A stretch of DNA of 64,000 nucleotides from NCBI GenBank assembly GCA_038496445.1, contig JALMLS010000332.1:1-64000 (forward strand), in the 5' to 3' direction. Made by a program: the position numbers and the translations under genes. The notes below the pieces were generated by a model, which was not told the DNA's origin, did not search any database, and saw only the letters and a list, made by a program, of their open reading frames with translations. This document shows positions 60,626-64,000 of this stretch, one piece after another; position 1 is the first letter of the stretch; every line of letters starts with the position of its first letter. Source of the stretch: Trichosphaerium sp. ATCC 40318 (lineage: Eukaryota > Protista > Tubulinea).

Positions 60626-62482
60626 CTATTCATTGGTCCTTCTGACCTTAATACGTAAACCATTTGGTACATCTTGTTGAGTTGCAAGTATACAATATCC
60701 GCCACCACAACCTAGGTAGAAAGTCAGTTAACTACAAAAAAAACTTAAAATTTAAAACAAAATTATTATTGGTACCTGTACTGACTCTACCAGTGGCACC
60801 ATATTGGCATGTGAGTTTGTCCAGTGATGCATCAATATCTTTATTACTTGTTAAAGGTAAAATAATTTTCCAAGCGTCATGTGTAGCAGTCAATCCCTTT
60901 CCAAACTTTTCAATATCCATTTCCACTTAACCAACAAAATTAGATAAAAAGCGTTCCAAAGCCTGACGTACTAATACCATCCCAGCAAAGTTGACCTCCC
61001 TTAGCAAGTAAAGAAACACCTACAGTATATTTAGAAGAAGTCAAAGTATCTAACAAACCTTCAGGAGTGATGTTCTGAGTCTCCAAAGGATCGTAACCTT
61101 CTGGACGCTGATCTAAGGTTTCAGTTAAAAAACACAAAAATCAACAAGAACTTGTTACCAATTTCTATGAGTACAATTGTCTTCTCAAGCCAGTCACATA
61201 TATCCTTATCTTTAACTGTAGTAACTTCTTGTGGCCAGTAATCTCCATCCTTGTAAAACAGCCTACACAAGAACTTTAGACACTCAAAAAGAAAAGCATA
61301 AAAACTAAACAAAAGAAAACAAAAAATCGACATCCTTGTACATGCCTGCTAACACCAGGAACACATAATCCGATATGATCTTGAGAACCACTTACATATT
61401 TGCTACCAGGTGGATTTTCGATACCAAAAAGACATTTTGCTAACTCCAATGGCTTTTGCCTTAACATCTCGTCAATTTTCAAATATCATCAACAAAAATA
61501 GTACAAAAGCTTACTTAAAAATGCGCTTATTCCATAGCTCTCCTTTCCACTTTTCTCTAGATGATGTAGCCAAACCAGCACGTAAATTATAAGTCCTAAA
61601 AGAGTATTTAAAACAAGTTTAATCAAACACAAACCAAAGACTACGCATGTAAAAAAACAAAAAAAGTTTCGGTTAATTACGTGATTGGTTGAATGTTTAC
61701 TACGACGACAGGTCCAGAACCTACTTTGTTTACAAACGGTTGATCTAGCCTATGGTTCAAACGGGGTTTTAGTTTTGATAAATTCGTTTAAACTGTTGTT
61801 AACGGTACCAACCGCCAGCCAGGCAAATACGGTATGGAGGCTCTACTACCTTGTCTGCCGATTGCTTCATCTAAGAGATACCGTTAAACAAGGCCGTTAA
61901 TCTTAAATATAGTACATCTTGTTTAATAGACGTTGAAGAGCGTGCTGGAAGACCTTCAAGCGGTACTCTATCGAGTACGATGTATTTTGTGCCTAGTTCT
62001 TTACAAAGAGCTTCCTTTGTTTCTCTAGCGCCGTCATCGTTTACTTTAGAGCGTTTAGCCCGAAAACAACACGTGAAATTTAGGGTTAGGTACCAACAAA
62101 AAAATCTGGGTTGAGCTTCCTCATTTCGGGCTCATACGCCAACAAACCTTTGCCTGTTTCCATGTGAACAGCGGTAATGTATTTAATAGACTCTAGAAGC
62201 GCTTTGCGCTCAGAAAATGAAAAAAGAGGTGGTCGCCCTTTTCAAAAACTATTAGCGTGGAATTGCCGGTTCACTTGCTCTTACCTTTCAATCTAATGAT
62301 ATTTTCATCAGTACCAAGACAAACATTAACTTGGCCATGTTCAGCAGCTCGCCGAAAAAAAGCAATATGACCAGCATGAAGCAAGTCGAAGCATCCACTT
62401 ACGACTACCTAAAAGGTCTTTTTTAAACAAAGTTTAAAATAAATTTAAAAAAAACTAAACAACACTTTCGCTTTGATGGCAT
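60626..62482 (-). CDS. Bifunctional cytidylyltransferase-like + GHMP-kinase-like protein
   Basis: VSGCFDLLHAGH (HxGH), ERKALLESIKYI, RSSTSIK; PYRICLAGGWLDQPFV, RAGLATSSR, VSGSQDHIG, GCGGGY. Confidence 0.88.
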
Positions 62483-63332
62483 TACACGCTTGAACGTACT
62501 ACTTTATCTTTATTTGGGTTCATTATACGCTAGCAATAATGATGTGTTGCTTTTATCTTGTTCCCCAGACTTCAAGAGATTATAGAAGACTTAACTGTTT
62601 CAATCAACTGATTAAAGGGTTTGCTGTCAAGTACAAAAGTAATGTCACGTTTTGTTTGGAAAATATAAAGGAAATATCACGTGAAAAGTTGTCTCAGTAT
62701 ATTGTCCATGTCATTTGACACCAGAAGAAACAATGAAGTATGCGTTTATATGGTTCTGGGTCATAATAAAACGACGCGAAATGTTTTGTTTACCTAATCC
62801 GCTTGATTTGTAAAATGACTTCAAACAACTTTTTTTGTGACACTGTCGCTTGAGTATTGCGCTGTAACGACATGAAAACATTGTAGACTAGTTTCGAGCG
62901 TTACGTCAGCAATAAAACATACCGCACCTCTAGCTGCGGAGAGAATGCTATAGTTTTACGTACTTTGGCGCTGGTAAGCTGTGCATTTGGTTCTCGTCGA
63001 ACTTTGCAACCGTACAGTGACATGCACCTACTAGTATCTGATTTACGCGATATGTACACTAACTAAGGTCACCATTGGACGTTGTGTCTTTTAGACCGTT
63101 TTTGCTTTGTAAAACCAATGGCTGTGCATTTACCGAACGACTAACCTCAAGCAGTTGTTAGAGCAATTACTTTGGTTGAAACAAATGCGTTGTCGCTATT
63201 GCGTTAAACAAACGGAGTTATTAGGGTAAAGGTATTTTCATGTCGTTACGTGAAACGAATACTTGAAATAAAACCTCAAAAAAATCATAATTCATCAAGC
63301 GCAAAAGCGAGTAACAACAAAACAAACACTAA

Positions 63333-64000
<668 letters not shown>

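Noticed and set aside
1534-62482. Possible TGA reassignment: nearly all confident genes end in TAA/TAG, and a few unresolved exons contain in-frame TGA (near 18608, 18717, 36888)
   Set aside because: Conserved Trp and Cys positions in the well-resolved exons I checked use standard codons, and the long intronless ORFs have no in-frame TGA. TGA avoidance or model/sequence error is simpler.

Overview
AT-rich (~35% GC), gene-dense eukaryotic DNA, probably from a protist (amoeba-like by gene content; taxon not determinable here). Genes are split by many short spliceosomal introns with GTACGT/GTAAGT donors, so the ORF track shows only fragments; all gene models were spliced by eye and their boundaries are approximate. 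The first ~12 kb is repeat-rich: a ~4.1 kb diverged inverted duplication carrying a BTB-like/Tudor-Agenet-like/Cys-rich/coiled-coil gene, a decayed ankyrin-like repeat array, and a ~320 bp foldback. About 28 genes follow. Conventional ones include an SMYD methyltransferase, two 2OG-Fe(II) oxygenases, a KCTD-type BTB protein, an LRAT-domain protein, SRP72, cathepsin L, an Aa_trans permease, a pectin acetylesterase/Notum protein and polyubiquitin. The most unusual items are: (1) an apparently single protein of architecture SAM - IPT/TIG - ankyrin - basic linker - Rab-like GTPase; (2) a two-TM NIT-domain receptor with no catalytic domain; (3) an F-box-actin fusion; (4) a head-to-head pair of glycine-zipper membrane proteins bracketed by 110-bp direct repeats; (5) an intronless toxin-type ADP-ribosyltransferase ending in a CaaX box; (6) an ankyrin + Pol-beta-like nucleotidyltransferase; (7) several bacterial-type enzymes full of introns; (8) roughly ten-fold enrichment of the palindrome CACGTG, often in introns and overlapping GC-AG donors. 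A few 1-nt homopolymer frameshifts suggest residual assembly error.
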